Below, one piece after another: positions 1 to 8,620 of a stretch of 64,000 bases of DNA. Within the stretch, counting starts at the first letter, position 1; each line of letters opens with the position of its first letter. The notes beneath the pieces were generated by a model, which searched no databases, was not told the origin of the DNA, and saw nothing but the letters and a program-made list of their open reading frames with translations. A program made the translations under genes and the position numbers. Source of the DNA: an uncultured Acidobacteriota bacterium (GTDB taxonomy: Bacteria; Actinomycetota; Acidimicrobiia; Spongiisociales; ZC4RG35); assembly GCA_963780755.1 (NCBI GenBank), contig CAWACX010000001.1, positions 467,514 through 531,513 of the forward strand. Reading direction: 5' to 3'.

Positions 1-1014
1 GCCGACGAGGACCAGCACCAGGAACCCGAGCAACGCAGGTCCGATCGCCGATTGGGTGAAGGAATGCACCGAATTTATGGTTCCCGATCGGGTGAGGAAC
101 GTGCCGAGGATGGTGAGGGCGAATGCCGAGATGACCAGGACGAAGTTCCAGGCCTGGAGCATCCCGCGGCGTTGCTGGACCAGTCCGGAATGGATGAAGG
201 CGGTCGCGGCCAGCCAGGGCATCAGGGAAGCGTTCTCCACCGGGTCCCAGGCCCAGTACCCGCCCCAGGACAGGACCTCATAGGCCCACCACCCACCCAG
301 GGTTATCCCGATGGTGAGGAACGACCAGGCGACCAGGGTGGAGCGGTGGCTTCTCCGCAGCCATTCCGGGCCGGGCACGGCGAGGGCCAGCGCCCCGATC
401 CCATAGGCGAAGGGGACGGTCAGCCCCACGTAGCCCAGGTAGAGCATCGGAGGATGGATCGCCATCAGGATGTGGTTCTGGAGGAGCGGGTTGGGGCCGG
501 GCCCATTCACCGGCGCCTGTACCGCGGCCAGCGGCCAGGGACTCGAGGCCGCGCATCCCGCTTCCACTGCGCTCACGCACACCTCGAAGGGGTTGGCAAC
601 GGTGACCATCAGCCCGAAGAAGAAGATCGCAACGCCGCCCATCACCGCCAGCGCCGCGGCACCCAGAGGGTCAGGCGCCTTTCGATAACGGCCGACCACC
701 GCCCAGGTGAATGCCGCGAGGACCAGGCCCCAGAGGATGATCGAGCCTTCGAGCGCGGCCCAGGCGGTGGCGACGTCGAAGGGGAACGGGGTCGTGGAAG
801 AGTGGTGATTGGCCACATAGGCCAGGGTGAAGTCATCGGTGAGCAGGGCGAGCTGCATGGCTCCCATCGCCGCAATCGCTCCCGCGAGGAGCAGGCGGGC
901 GGGGTTGACCAGGTCGGCGGTGGCCCCCCGGGCCACCGAGGTCCCGCGCCACGCCAGAAGGATCGCTGCGCATAGTGCGGCGATGACCCCGGCGGTCCCG
1001 AGCAGGGCGAGCAT
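1..1014 (-). CDS. ccmF: Cytochrome c heme lyase subunit CcmF, N-terminal part; the gene runs off the left edge of the window
   Basis: Absent from the ORF track because there is no stop codon inside the window. My minus-strand translation from the ATG at 1014..1012 stays open to position 1. It reads MLALLGTAGV...NHILMAIHPPMLYLGYVG...EVLSWGGYWAWDPVENASLMPWLAATAFIH, which contains the W-rich heme-handling motif. The start overlaps the ccmE stop as ATGA. Confidence 0.85.
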   Translation of the reverse strand, partial: MLALLGTAGVIAALCAAILLAWRGTSVARGATADLVNPARLLLAGAIAAMGAMQLALLTDDFTLAYVANHHSSTTPFPFDVATAWAALEGSIILWGLVLAAFTWAVVGRYRKAPDPLGAAALAVMGGVAIFFFGLMVTVANPFEVCVSAVEAGCAASSPWPLAAVQAPVNGPGPNPLLQNHILMAIHPPMLYLGYVGLTVPFAYGIGALALAVPGPEWLRRSHRSTLVAWSFLTIGITLGGWWAYEVLSWGGYWAWDPVENASLMPWLAATAFIHSGLVQQRRGMLQAWNFVLVISAFALTILGTFLTRSGTINSVHSFTQSAIGPALLGFLVLVLVG

Positions 1015-1421
1015 CAGCCCTCCGGGTAGGCCCCGCCCTCCTCGGGGACCTCGTAGTTCTCGTCGTGGGCGATCAGGGCGTTGTCCGCCACGAAGCGGTC
1101 ACCGGACCAGGCGCCCTCGAGCAACACAGGGATGTCCTCGCCGAACAGTGACGGCGCTTCGCGGGTGAGGAGGACCGGTATCGCGGCGCCGCCATCGGTG
1201 ACTTCGAAGGTCGAGCCCTCCTCGGTTTCTGTCAGCGTTCCCGGGGCCACCGTGCCTGCCAGTCGGAACCGCTCTCCATCGGGGAAGTCCGACCGCTGGG
1301 CCACTGCCTCACTCGGATAGAGGTAGTAGGTGAGGTTCTCCCCGAGGCTGGTCAGGGTGATGGCGACCACCAGCACGATCACCCCCCCGATGCCGAGGAG
1401 CACGAAACGGCGATGGGCCAT
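1014..1421 (-). CDS. ccmE: Heme chaperone CcmE
   Basis: 135-aa ORF with an N-terminal TM anchor and a C-terminal heme-binding motif (IAHDENYEVP). It lies between ccmD and ccmF. Confidence 0.9.
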   Translation of the reverse strand: MAHRRFVLLGIGGVIVLVVAITLTSLGENLTYYLYPSEAVAQRSDFPDGERFRLAGTVAPGTLTETEEGSTFEVTDGGAAIPVLLTREAPSLFGEDIPVLLEGAWSGDRFVADNALIAHDENYEVPEEGGAYPEG

Positions 1422-1424
1422 GGA

Positions 1425-1529
1425 TCAGGCCCCGGCCCGGCGACGCCTGATGTGCAGGTAGGCGGCGTAGCCGAAGATGGCCCCGTAGGAGATGAGGAAG
1501 GTCACCACGACGATCAAATGGTCAGACAT
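1425..1529 (-). CDS. ccmD: Heme exporter protein D (CcmD), small single-TM protein
   Basis: The internal ATG at 1529 gives MSDHLIVVVTFLISYGAIFGYAAYLHIRRRRAGA, one TM segment plus a basic tail. Its position between ccmC and ccmE fits CcmD. The track ORF extending to 1613 would overlap ccmC heavily, so I did not use it. Confidence 0.5.
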   Translation of the reverse strand: MSDHLIVVVTFLISYGAIFGYAAYLHIRRRRAGA

Positions 1530-2232
1530 CGCCGATCTCCGAAAGTCGGGGAGGCTTGACCGAGTCGCCCGCAGTCGCTTCTTCAGCTCCGAGGCGTTCC
1601 TCGGTGACGGCAACGTCGATGCGGACTACCAACAGGGCGACGTAGACCACAGTGAAGGCGATCACGTTGACCAGGATCGCAATGCCCATCTCCCGGGGCA
1701 TGGTGACCCCGTCGGGGCGAATCGATGGTGTCTGGTGCAGGGTGCGGAACAGATAGACCGAGAAGTAGACGAGCGGGATCTGAATCACCGCGATCGCACC
1801 GAGCAGGGCAGAGCGCCGGGCCCGCACCACCGGGTCGGGGGTAGCCCCGCGCAGCGCCAGGTAGGCGATGTAGACGAAGAACATGACCGCGGTGGTGGAG
1901 AGGCGCCAGTCGCCCCAATCCCAGGCTCGCCCCCACACCGCCTGTCCCCAGACCATGCCGGTGAAGAGGCCGATTCCGGTGAACAGCACCCCGAGCTCGG
2001 CGGAAGAGGCGGCGAATCGGTCCCAGCTGTCCTTCTTCCTGATCAACCACATGACCGATCCGAGAGCGGTCATCCCGAAGGCGAGGAACGCCAGCCACAT
2101 GCTGGGAGCGTGCAGGTTGATGATCCGGGTGAACTCTCCCTGCAGGGTGTCGGTGGGAGCCGTGAAGGCGAACCACAGGCCGACTCCCATCGCCACCGCG
2201 GCGACGGCGAGCAACACCTTGACCCGTGTCAT
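1522..2232 (-). CDS. ccmC: Heme exporter protein C (CcmC)
   Basis: 236-aa polytopic protein with a W-rich motif (MVWGQAVWGRAWDWGDWRLSTT), in the operon order ccmB-ccmC-ccmD. Confidence 0.9.
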   Translation of the reverse strand: MTRVKVLLAVAAVAMGVGLWFAFTAPTDTLQGEFTRIINLHAPSMWLAFLAFGMTALGSVMWLIRKKDSWDRFAASSAELGVLFTGIGLFTGMVWGQAVWGRAWDWGDWRLSTTAVMFFVYIAYLALRGATPDPVVRARRSALLGAIAVIQIPLVYFSVYLFRTLHQTPSIRPDGVTMPREMGIAILVNVIAFTVVYVALLVVRIDVAVTEERLGAEEATAGDSVKPPRLSEIGDV

Positions 2233-2903
2233 CTAGATGCCTCCTCGAGGGGTCGGGCCAGGCCGACACCGCTCACGGCGAGTGCCAGGTCGGTCGCGAC
2301 CAGGATCAGTATCCAGGGCAGGATACCGGTGCCGCGGGCCATAGCTTCCAGTGCCTGTGAAGCCCCGATGACCAACGGAATGGAGAGCGGAGCGATGATC
2401 AACGAGGCCAGAGCGGTGCGATTGGCCATGCCGGCCGTTACCTCGCCGGCGAGGGTCCCCAGCTCGGTGAGGCCCAGTGCCACCAGGATCCCGCTGAGCA
2501 CCACTGGTAGCGGCCAGCCGGGGGGGAGTCGAGGGCTGTAGAGGAGGACCATGGCCACCAGGAGCACAGCGAGGAAGCCCAACATCAAGACCGATCCGGA
2601 GATGACCCTGCCCACGAAGCGGGCAGCAGGGTCGACCCCGAGGAGCGCATAGAGGTCGCGCCGCTCCCGATCGTCGTGGGCTGCCTGGCGCAGGGCCACC
2701 TGCATCCCGAAGAGGATTCCCAGCGCCCAGAAGACGGCGGGCCCCAGTTGCGAGATGGCCGCCAGGTCGACCCCGAGGGCCAGGGGGAACACCAACAGGG
2801 CAACCACGGCGAAGGGGAGCACGATTCGCAAGGTGTCACCGAGGCGCCGCTCCACGGTGAGGTCGACCCTGGCGATCTCGAGGGCCTGGGGCCAAAAGCT
2901 CAT
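2229..2903 (-). CDS. ccmB: Heme exporter permease CcmB
   Basis: 224-aa polytopic membrane ORF with ATGA-type overlaps to ccmA upstream and ccmC downstream. Confidence 0.85.
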   Translation of the reverse strand: MSFWPQALEIARVDLTVERRLGDTLRIVLPFAVVALLVFPLALGVDLAAISQLGPAVFWALGILFGMQVALRQAAHDDRERRDLYALLGVDPAARFVGRVISGSVLMLGFLAVLLVAMVLLYSPRLPPGWPLPVVLSGILVALGLTELGTLAGEVTAGMANRTALASLIIAPLSIPLVIGASQALEAMARGTGILPWILILVATDLALAVSGVGLARPLEEASR

Positions 2904-3544
2904 GGGATCGCCCCCAAGCGGCCCGAGGCGAGCCCGAGGAGGCGGTCGGCGCTGGTCGCCAACTGGCCGGAGTCGTGCGAGACCATCACCACCGCGCCAC
3001 CCGAGGAAGTAGTGCGCCCCACCAGCGCTCCGATCAGGTCTTGGGCTTCCACATCCAGCCCGGAATAGGGCTCGTCGAGAAGGAGGAGCGTTGGGGCCGT
3101 GATCAGCAGCCGGGCGACTTCCACCCGCCGCAACATGCCGAACGATGCCGCACTGCCCCGGATTGCGGCCGCCTCGTCGAGGCCCACCACGCGCAGCGCC
3201 TTCTCGACCCGCCTTCGCTCCAGGCCGGCGAGCGTGACCGCATGTTGAAGGTTCTCTTCGATCGTCAGCTCCGCGATCACCGTCGGCCGGTGCGAGATCA
3301 TGCCGATGTGGGCTCGGACCGCGAATGCCTCTGCGGTCCCCAGGCCGGCTCCGAGCACCTCGCCTGTCCCGCTACCTGGGGTGATCAGAGTCGCCAGCAG
3401 GCGGAGCAGCGTCGTCTTCCCCGCCCCATTGGGGCCACTCACTCCCAGTATCTCGCCGGGGCCGATCTCGACGTCGACGGCGCGGAGGACGGGAGACCCT
3501 CCGAGCGAAACCCCGATACCTTCCAGCGACACCAAACGGTCCAC
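2900..3544 (-). CDS. ccmA: Heme exporter ATP-binding protein CcmA
   Basis: Walker A is GPNGAGKTT and Walker B is LLLLDEP. I start at the GTG at 3544 (VDRLVSLEGIGV...). The track ORF extending to 3706 would overlap the 3' end of the upstream gene, and its extra residues look off-frame. Confidence 0.8.
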   Translation of the reverse strand: MDRLVSLEGIGVSLGGSPVLRAVDVEIGPGEILGVSGPNGAGKTTLLRLLATLITPGSGTGEVLGAGLGTAEAFAVRAHIGMISHRPTVIAELTIEENLQHAVTLAGLERRRVEKALRVVGLDEAAAIRGSAASFGMLRRVEVARLLITAPTLLLLDEPYSGLDVEAQDLIGALVGRTTSSGGAVVMVSHDSGQLATSADRLLGLASGRLGAIP

Positions 3545-3575
3545 CGGGAAAGTCTCATTACCCCGGTGCCGAGAC

Positions 3576-5204
3576 TCAAGTCGGAGCGGAAAGGTGCCTG
3601 GCAGGATTGCGAGGCAGAGCGAAGGTCCCGGTGGCGTCGACCAGACGCACCTCCCGGCCGACCAGCCATCTCCAGACCAGGTCCGCCTCCTCGGCGACCT
3701 CGACATTGTCCGGGACTTCTTGCTGGCTCCCGGTCAGATCAGGGGTGGGTCGGAGCGGGGGGGTCCGGTCCAGACGCCAGGTGGCCACCAATCGACCGTG
3801 ATCGATGAGGGCCCGGCTGCCGTCGCTGCTCTCCGCCTCGGCCACGCCCAACCCGAGCAGAGCCTGCCAGCGGTGACGGCGCTCTATGGCCCGTGCCAGC
3901 GCCCGGTGCCGGTCCCGGGCCCACCCCGCCTCCTCGTAACGACGTGCAGCCGAGAGCTCCTCCATACGCGCGACCAGCGGATCGAGCAACGTTTCTGGTC
4001 GATGGTCGAGGCCATCGACAAGGCCCTCGATCACCGGTTGATAAACCCGCAGGTCGAGATTTCCGTCGCACGGGCACATCGAAACTCCGAGTTGCGCCGG
4101 AGCGCAGACCGCGGCCCGGGAGCCGGGGCGGGCAGTGCACCGCCTGATCGCGGTGGCGTCCCAGAGTGCGGTCACCACCAGGTCTGCCGAGCGTTTGGAG
4201 CGGAAGGGGCCGAGATAGGAAATCGCCCCTTCCTTGAGGGTTCGGACCACGGAGAGTCGCGGGAACGGCTCGCGGGTCACCTTCACCCAGTGCGAGGCAC
4301 GGGGCGGCTTCGACTTGCGGTTGTACCGGGGCCGATGGGCATGGATCAGCCTGAGCTCGGTCACCTCCGCCTCGAGATCGGTCTCGCAAACGATGTGGTC
4401 GATCGAAACCAACTCCCGGAGGAGATTGCCGATGCTGCGCCGTTCGTCGCCGTAGAAGTACTGGCGCACCCGGGCCCGGAGGTTGGCGGCCTTGCCCACG
4501 TAGAGGGGGCTGCCGTTGCGATCGCGGAAGATGTAGACGCCGGGTCGCCGGGGCAGGCCCTCGGTGAGGGCGATCTTGGGATAATGCGATGAGCCCCGCG
4601 CCCTGGGGAGCTGGAGAAGGTCGTCGAGGTTGGTGACGCCCATGTTGCCGGTGCGCTCCAACAGGGCATGGAAGACGTGGGCCGTTGCCATCGCATCGTC
4701 GAGGGCCCGGTGATTGGGAGCGACCGGGCTTCGAAAATGAGCGGCCAGGGTCCGGAGGCGGAGATTCCTGACCTCCTCGCGGATCAGCCTCCTCGCCAAA
4801 GCGGCGGTGTCCACGAAGTCGGATGAGAGCGGTGGGTATCCCAACTGCTGGGCCGCCGCCCCGAGGAAGGAGAGGTCGAAGCGGACGTTGTGCCCGACGA
4901 CGACTGCGTCGCCGATGAACTCGAGAAAGGCGGGGTAGGCGGAGTGGATCGTCGGGGCGTCGACCACCATCGCCTGAGTGATACCGGTGAGAAAAGTGAT
5001 GGATGGTGGGATGGCGAGCCCGGGGTCGACAAGCGTCTGAAACGATCCGAGCAAGTCCCCCCCGCGGTGCTTCACGGCTCCGATCTCGGTGATGGCGCAA
5101 TCGCGGGGTGATCCGCCGGTGGTCTCGAGATCGAGCACACAGAAGGTGACATCGATAAGCGGGGTGGAAAGGTCGTCGAAGCTGGGTTGGAGCAGGGCGG
5201 GCAC
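3576..5204 (-). CDS. DEDD (DnaQ/epsilon-like) 3'-5' exonuclease fused to a GIY-YIG (UvrC-N-like) nuclease domain
   Basis: Exonuclease motifs are VLDLETTG, VVGHNVRFDLSFL and HRALDDAMATAHVF. The GIY-YIG segment is GVYIFRDRNGSPLYVGKAANLRARVRQYF. The same domain architecture occurs in mycobacterial Rv2191-type proteins. The start is a GTG immediately downstream of an SOS-box promoter. Confidence 0.85.
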   Translation of the reverse strand: MPALLQPSFDDLSTPLIDVTFCVLDLETTGGSPRDCAITEIGAVKHRGGDLLGSFQTLVDPGLAIPPSITFLTGITQAMVVDAPTIHSAYPAFLEFIGDAVVVGHNVRFDLSFLGAAAQQLGYPPLSSDFVDTAALARRLIREEVRNLRLRTLAAHFRSPVAPNHRALDDAMATAHVFHALLERTGNMGVTNLDDLLQLPRARGSSHYPKIALTEGLPRRPGVYIFRDRNGSPLYVGKAANLRARVRQYFYGDERRSIGNLLRELVSIDHIVCETDLEAEVTELRLIHAHRPRYNRKSKPPRASHWVKVTREPFPRLSVVRTLKEGAISYLGPFRSKRSADLVVTALWDATAIRRCTARPGSRAAVCAPAQLGVSMCPCDGNLDLRVYQPVIEGLVDGLDHRPETLLDPLVARMEELSAARRYEEAGWARDRHRALARAIERRHRWQALLGLGVAEAESSDGSRALIDHGRLVATWRLDRTPPLRPTPDLTGSQQEVPDNVEVAEEADLVWRWLVGREVRLVDATGTFALPRNPARHLSAPT

Positions 5205-5221
5205 GCCCGGGACAGGCTACG

Positions 5222-5237
5222 TCGAACACATGTTCGA
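5222..5237 (-). promoter_or_regulatory. LexA operator (SOS/Cheo box) TCGAACATGTGTTCGA inside a TTGACA / TAGCCT promoter
   Basis: The minus strand reads TTGACA-TCGAACATGTGTTCGA-CG-TAGCCT-gtcccgggc-GTG(start at 5204). The box is a perfect 16-bp palindrome matching the actinobacterial LexA consensus TCGAAC-N4-GTTCGA. It fills the spacer between the -35 and -10 elements. Confidence 0.7.
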
Positions 5238-5251
5238 TGTCAACGGAAGTC

Positions 5252-6046
5252 TTAAGAAGCCCTCGAACGTTGGCGAATGGCCTCGTAGGCGAGTATCGAC
5301 AGGGTGACCGAGGCGTTGAGGGAGTCGGCGGTGCCGTGCATCGGGAGCATCACCATTTGGGCGGCGGCCTCGCGGGCGGCCTGGCTCAAGCCGGCACTCT
5401 CCGAGCCGACGAGGAGGGCGGTAGGCCCGGTGAGATCGACCGACCACAGCGAGACCTTGGAGTCGGGGCTGGCCGCGGTGACGGGTATGCCCTGCTCCGC
5501 CAGCCAGTCGAGGGCCGGGGCCAGATCGGAAACCGCGACGGGCACGGAGAAGACGGCTCCGGTCGACGCCCGGATCACGTTGGGGTTGAAGATGTCGATC
5601 GGGCCTCCGACCGCGATCACCCCATCGGCCCCCACCGCATCGGCGGTGCGCAGGATGGCGCCCAGGTTCCCCGGCTTCTCCAACCCCTCAGCCACGAGCA
5701 GCAAAGGCACCTCTCCGGGCTCGATGCGACCCAGACCGTGGTCGAACTGCTCGAACACCGCGATCACCCCTTCGTGGGCGGCTCGATAGGAGGCTTTGGA
5801 GAGGGCAGCTTCCGAACAGGAATGAGCCTCGACCCCAGGCACGGTGGCCGGGTCGAACTCCCCCGGCTGGAAGTAGAGCTCGAGGGGGCGGTGGCCGGCG
5901 CCAAGAGCCCGCTTCAGATGTCGGGGACCCTCGACCAGAAAGACTCCCTCACGATCACGTTTGGCGCGCTCCCGCAACCCGATCAACCGCTTGATCTTCG
6001 GGTTGGAAGTCGAGGTCAGCTCGATGTCGCCCACTAACCGGCCCAC
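5252..6046 (-). CDS. SpoU/TrmH-family RNA 2'-O-methyltransferase
   Basis: Motifs EKPGNLGAILRTADAVGA, ALLVGSESAGLS and LPMHGTADSLNASVTLSILAYE. An alternative GTG start at 6034 would abut the upstream stop codon. Confidence 0.85.
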   Translation of the reverse strand: MGRLVGDIELTSTSNPKIKRLIGLRERAKRDREGVFLVEGPRHLKRALGAGHRPLELYFQPGEFDPATVPGVEAHSCSEAALSKASYRAAHEGVIAVFEQFDHGLGRIEPGEVPLLLVAEGLEKPGNLGAILRTADAVGADGVIAVGGPIDIFNPNVIRASTGAVFSVPVAVSDLAPALDWLAEQGIPVTAASPDSKVSLWSVDLTGPTALLVGSESAGLSQAAREAAAQMVMLPMHGTADSLNASVTLSILAYEAIRQRSRAS

Positions 6047-6660
6047 GACTCGAAGTGCACCATGCTCGCCCGGGGGCGGGGCCCTCGGGCCAGTGAGCCG
6101 GAGCGCCGGTCCGGAGCGGCCTTCCCCAGGGTGACGACACCGATCGGGGTTTGGTCAGGCGGAAGCCGGAGCAACTCGGCGAGGCCAGGAAACGAGTGCA
6201 CCCCGAGGAACCCCGCAGCCAATCCTTCGTCCACCGCCGCGAGCAGCACGGCCATGAGCGCGGCCCCGGCGTCGACCCACCAGTAAGGCACGGGCCACTC
6301 CATCTCCTCGCCGTTGGGACCCAACTTGTCCGGCTCTCGATATCGCTCCCGGTACCGCTCCTCGCTGACCGAGATCACGATGTGAACCGGCGCCCCTGAG
6401 ATCCAGGGGTCGAAGCCGGCGGCGAGGTATTCCTCCTCTTCGCCCAGTGCGGCGATCTGGCGTCGGTGGTCCTCCCCGGTCACGACCACGAATCCGAGGC
6501 CCTGCGAATAGCCGGCCGAGGGAGCGCGCAGCCCGGCATCGACGATCCGATCGACGGTGTCCGTAGGGATGGGCCCGGGTTGATAGTTGCGGACCATGCG
6601 GCGCTTGGTGAGCACATCACGAAATTCCATGAGCCCCATCTTGTCACCGGTGGCGACCAT
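6034..6660 (-). CDS. Nitroreductase-family protein
   Basis: 208-aa ORF. The N-terminal FRDVLTKRRMVRNYQPGPIP and the region LRAPSAGYSQGLGFVVV resemble the FMN-nitroreductase fold. The exact start is uncertain because several in-frame Met codons are present. Confidence 0.7.
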   Translation of the reverse strand: MVATGDKMGLMEFRDVLTKRRMVRNYQPGPIPTDTVDRIVDAGLRAPSAGYSQGLGFVVVTGEDHRRQIAALGEEEEYLAAGFDPWISGAPVHIVISVSEERYRERYREPDKLGPNGEEMEWPVPYWWVDAGAALMAVLLAAVDEGLAAGFLGVHSFPGLAELLRLPPDQTPIGVVTLGKAAPDRRSGSLARGPRPRASMVHFESWAG

Positions 6661-6778
6661 GATGTTCGGAGAAACTCAGGGACAAGGCGGGCCATCTGGC
6701 TTATCGTGTTCGGGCGTTTGTCGGGTGCCCGGGATGGAGGGACTAAGGATGAGGGCGGGTCAGAACGGGGACGGGGAG

Positions 6779-7655
6779 ATGTCTGTCGTCTGGACCCGGG
6801 GCAAGGGCTGTGCCGAACTGGCCGACCTCCTCACCGGTGGCGGCTCGAGCCGCATCACCGGGGACCTCGCCGAGGAATGCATCAACCATCGCGCTCGATC
6901 TCCTCGTATCCCGCAAGCTCCCGGGGTCGTTCGATCTCGTCAGCGTGGCGGTGCCGGTGGGATTCAACCCTGAGCTTGTGACCGGCGTGGTGGCGACTGT
7001 CGCCGGTGGCCCCCACTCGGTCCTGGCCGCCCAGACGGCGGCTCGCCTCGGACAGGTCCTGGGGGTGGAGGCCGAGATGGTCTCTGCCATAGGACCCGAT
7101 GACGACCCGAGCACAGCGGAAACGACCATGGATCGGATCGCGGCGACCGTCCCCGGGTTGAAAGGCAGGGTGATCGGCGTCGACGGGATCAGCAGCCTCG
7201 CCCAGGACCTCGACAGCGGGTCGCTCCTCGTCCTCGGCGCCCCTGGTGGCTCGTGGCTGCAGCGCTCGATGCTCGGTCCCGGTGCCCGGCTGCGGAGCAA
7301 GGCCCAGGCCGGGGCGGTGATGGTCAGGAGCGCGCCGGACCGGGTGTTCCGCTGGATGGGCGAGCCGGTGTTCGTCGGCCCGCTGCGCCAGGCGGATGAC
7401 ACGCTTCGCATTCACCAGGAAAAGGTCCTCGCGGTCGCCGACGACGGGGTGCTGGTGGGCCTGGTCCGCAGGGACCGGCTCATGGCCGCAGGAGACGCGC
7501 CGGTGGCCACCCTCATGGAAGACGCGCTCTCCGCCAAGGTCGACGAGACCATTGCCGAGGCTCGCTCGCTGAAGCCGACATTCGGGGAGGATCCGATCCC
7601 GGTCACGGACCGGGACGAGCACCTCGTCGGAGGTTTGTCGTTGCCAGCGGCCTGA
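6779..7655 (+). pseudogene. Universal-stress-protein-like plus CBS-domain protein, reading frame broken near 6893
   Basis: High GC3 runs in one frame from the ATG at 6779 (MSVVWTRGKGCAELADLLTGGGSSRITGDLAEECINH). It then switches to the 6810..7655 frame (IALDLLVSRKLPGSFDLVSVAVPVG...). The span is 3n+1, which fits one extra base. The C-terminal part (LAVADDGVLVGLVRRDRLMAA...PIPVTDRDEHLVGGLS) looks like a CBS pair. Confidence 0.6.
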
Positions 7656-7676
7656 TTCCGGGCAGAATCACCCGCC

Positions 7677-8588
7677 GTGAACATGAGGACCATTCTTTGG
7701 GGCGCCTTCTGGGGGTTGGTGACCCTGGGGCTGATCTTCCACATTGGCGGGGGCTGGTACTTCTCCGGCGAGCTGATCCAGGACGGTTTTGTCGTGGATG
7801 GCGAGGACATCGTCGTCAGCCAGGGCGACTTCGAGTTGGAACAAGTCTCCTACACCTCACCCCTGGGCCCGATGGACGCCTGGTATCTCCCAGCCGAGGG
7901 CGGCACCTGGGTCATCCACGTCCATGGCAAGGGGACCACACCGGCGGAAGCAGAGCCGATGTTCGCCCCCATCCATGAGGCCGGCTTCCCCCAACTCGCC
8001 ATCACCTATCGGAACGATGACCAGCAGCCCCAGGACCCATCCGGCTACTACCAGTACGGGGCCACGGAGTGGGAGGACGTGGCGGGGGCGGTGGCCTATG
8101 CCCTCGAAAATGGTGCCGAAAATGTGGTCCTCAACGGGTATTCGACCGGTGGGGCACACGTGATGTCCTTCATGTACCGACAAAATCTCGATTCGGTCGT
8201 AGGTGTCCACCTCGACTCCCCGAACCTCGACTTCGGCGAGACCGTCAACCACAACGCTGCCCAGCGTGATCTCCCATTGCTCCCGTTCCCGGTCCCGCAG
8301 TCGCTCACGGCGGTTGCCAAGTTCTTCACCTCGCTCCGGATCGGGGTCAACTGGCAGTCCCTCGACTACGTGGAGAAGTCCGAGGGCACCCTGCGGCGGC
8401 CGGTCCTGATCCATCATGGGACCGATGACCTCACCGTCCCGATAAACACGAGCATCGAGCTCGCCGACGCCCAAGCGGACCTGGTGCAGTTGATCCAGGT
8501 CGACGGTGCGGACCACGTCGGCTCCTACGACGCCGACCCGACGAAGTACGTCAACGAGGTGCTCGCCTTCCTCCAGGAAGTCGGCTGA
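7677..8588 (+). CDS. Membrane-anchored alpha/beta hydrolase
   Basis: N-terminal TM segment (ILWGAFWGLVTLGLIF), nucleophile elbow GYSTGG, and distal HHGTDDLTVP and DGADHVG segments. Confidence 0.7.
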   Translation: MNMRTILWGAFWGLVTLGLIFHIGGGWYFSGELIQDGFVVDGEDIVVSQGDFELEQVSYTSPLGPMDAWYLPAEGGTWVIHVHGKGTTPAEAEPMFAPIHEAGFPQLAITYRNDDQQPQDPSGYYQYGATEWEDVAGAVAYALENGAENVVLNGYSTGGAHVMSFMYRQNLDSVVGVHLDSPNLDFGETVNHNAAQRDLPLLPFPVPQSLTAVAKFFTSLRIGVNWQSLDYVEKSEGTLRRPVLIHHGTDDLTVPINTSIELADAQADLVQLIQVDGADHVGSYDADPTKYVNEVLAFLQEVG

Positions 8589-8620
8589 CTCCGCCCGTTC
8601 CCACCTAGGGTCACCCGACT

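Noticed and set aside
5263-5278. A second TCGAAC half-site (TCGAACGTTGGCGAAT) near the SOS box.
   Set aside because: The right half does not match GTTCGA, and the site lies inside the 3' end of the SpoU coding region. It is probably a chance occurrence.
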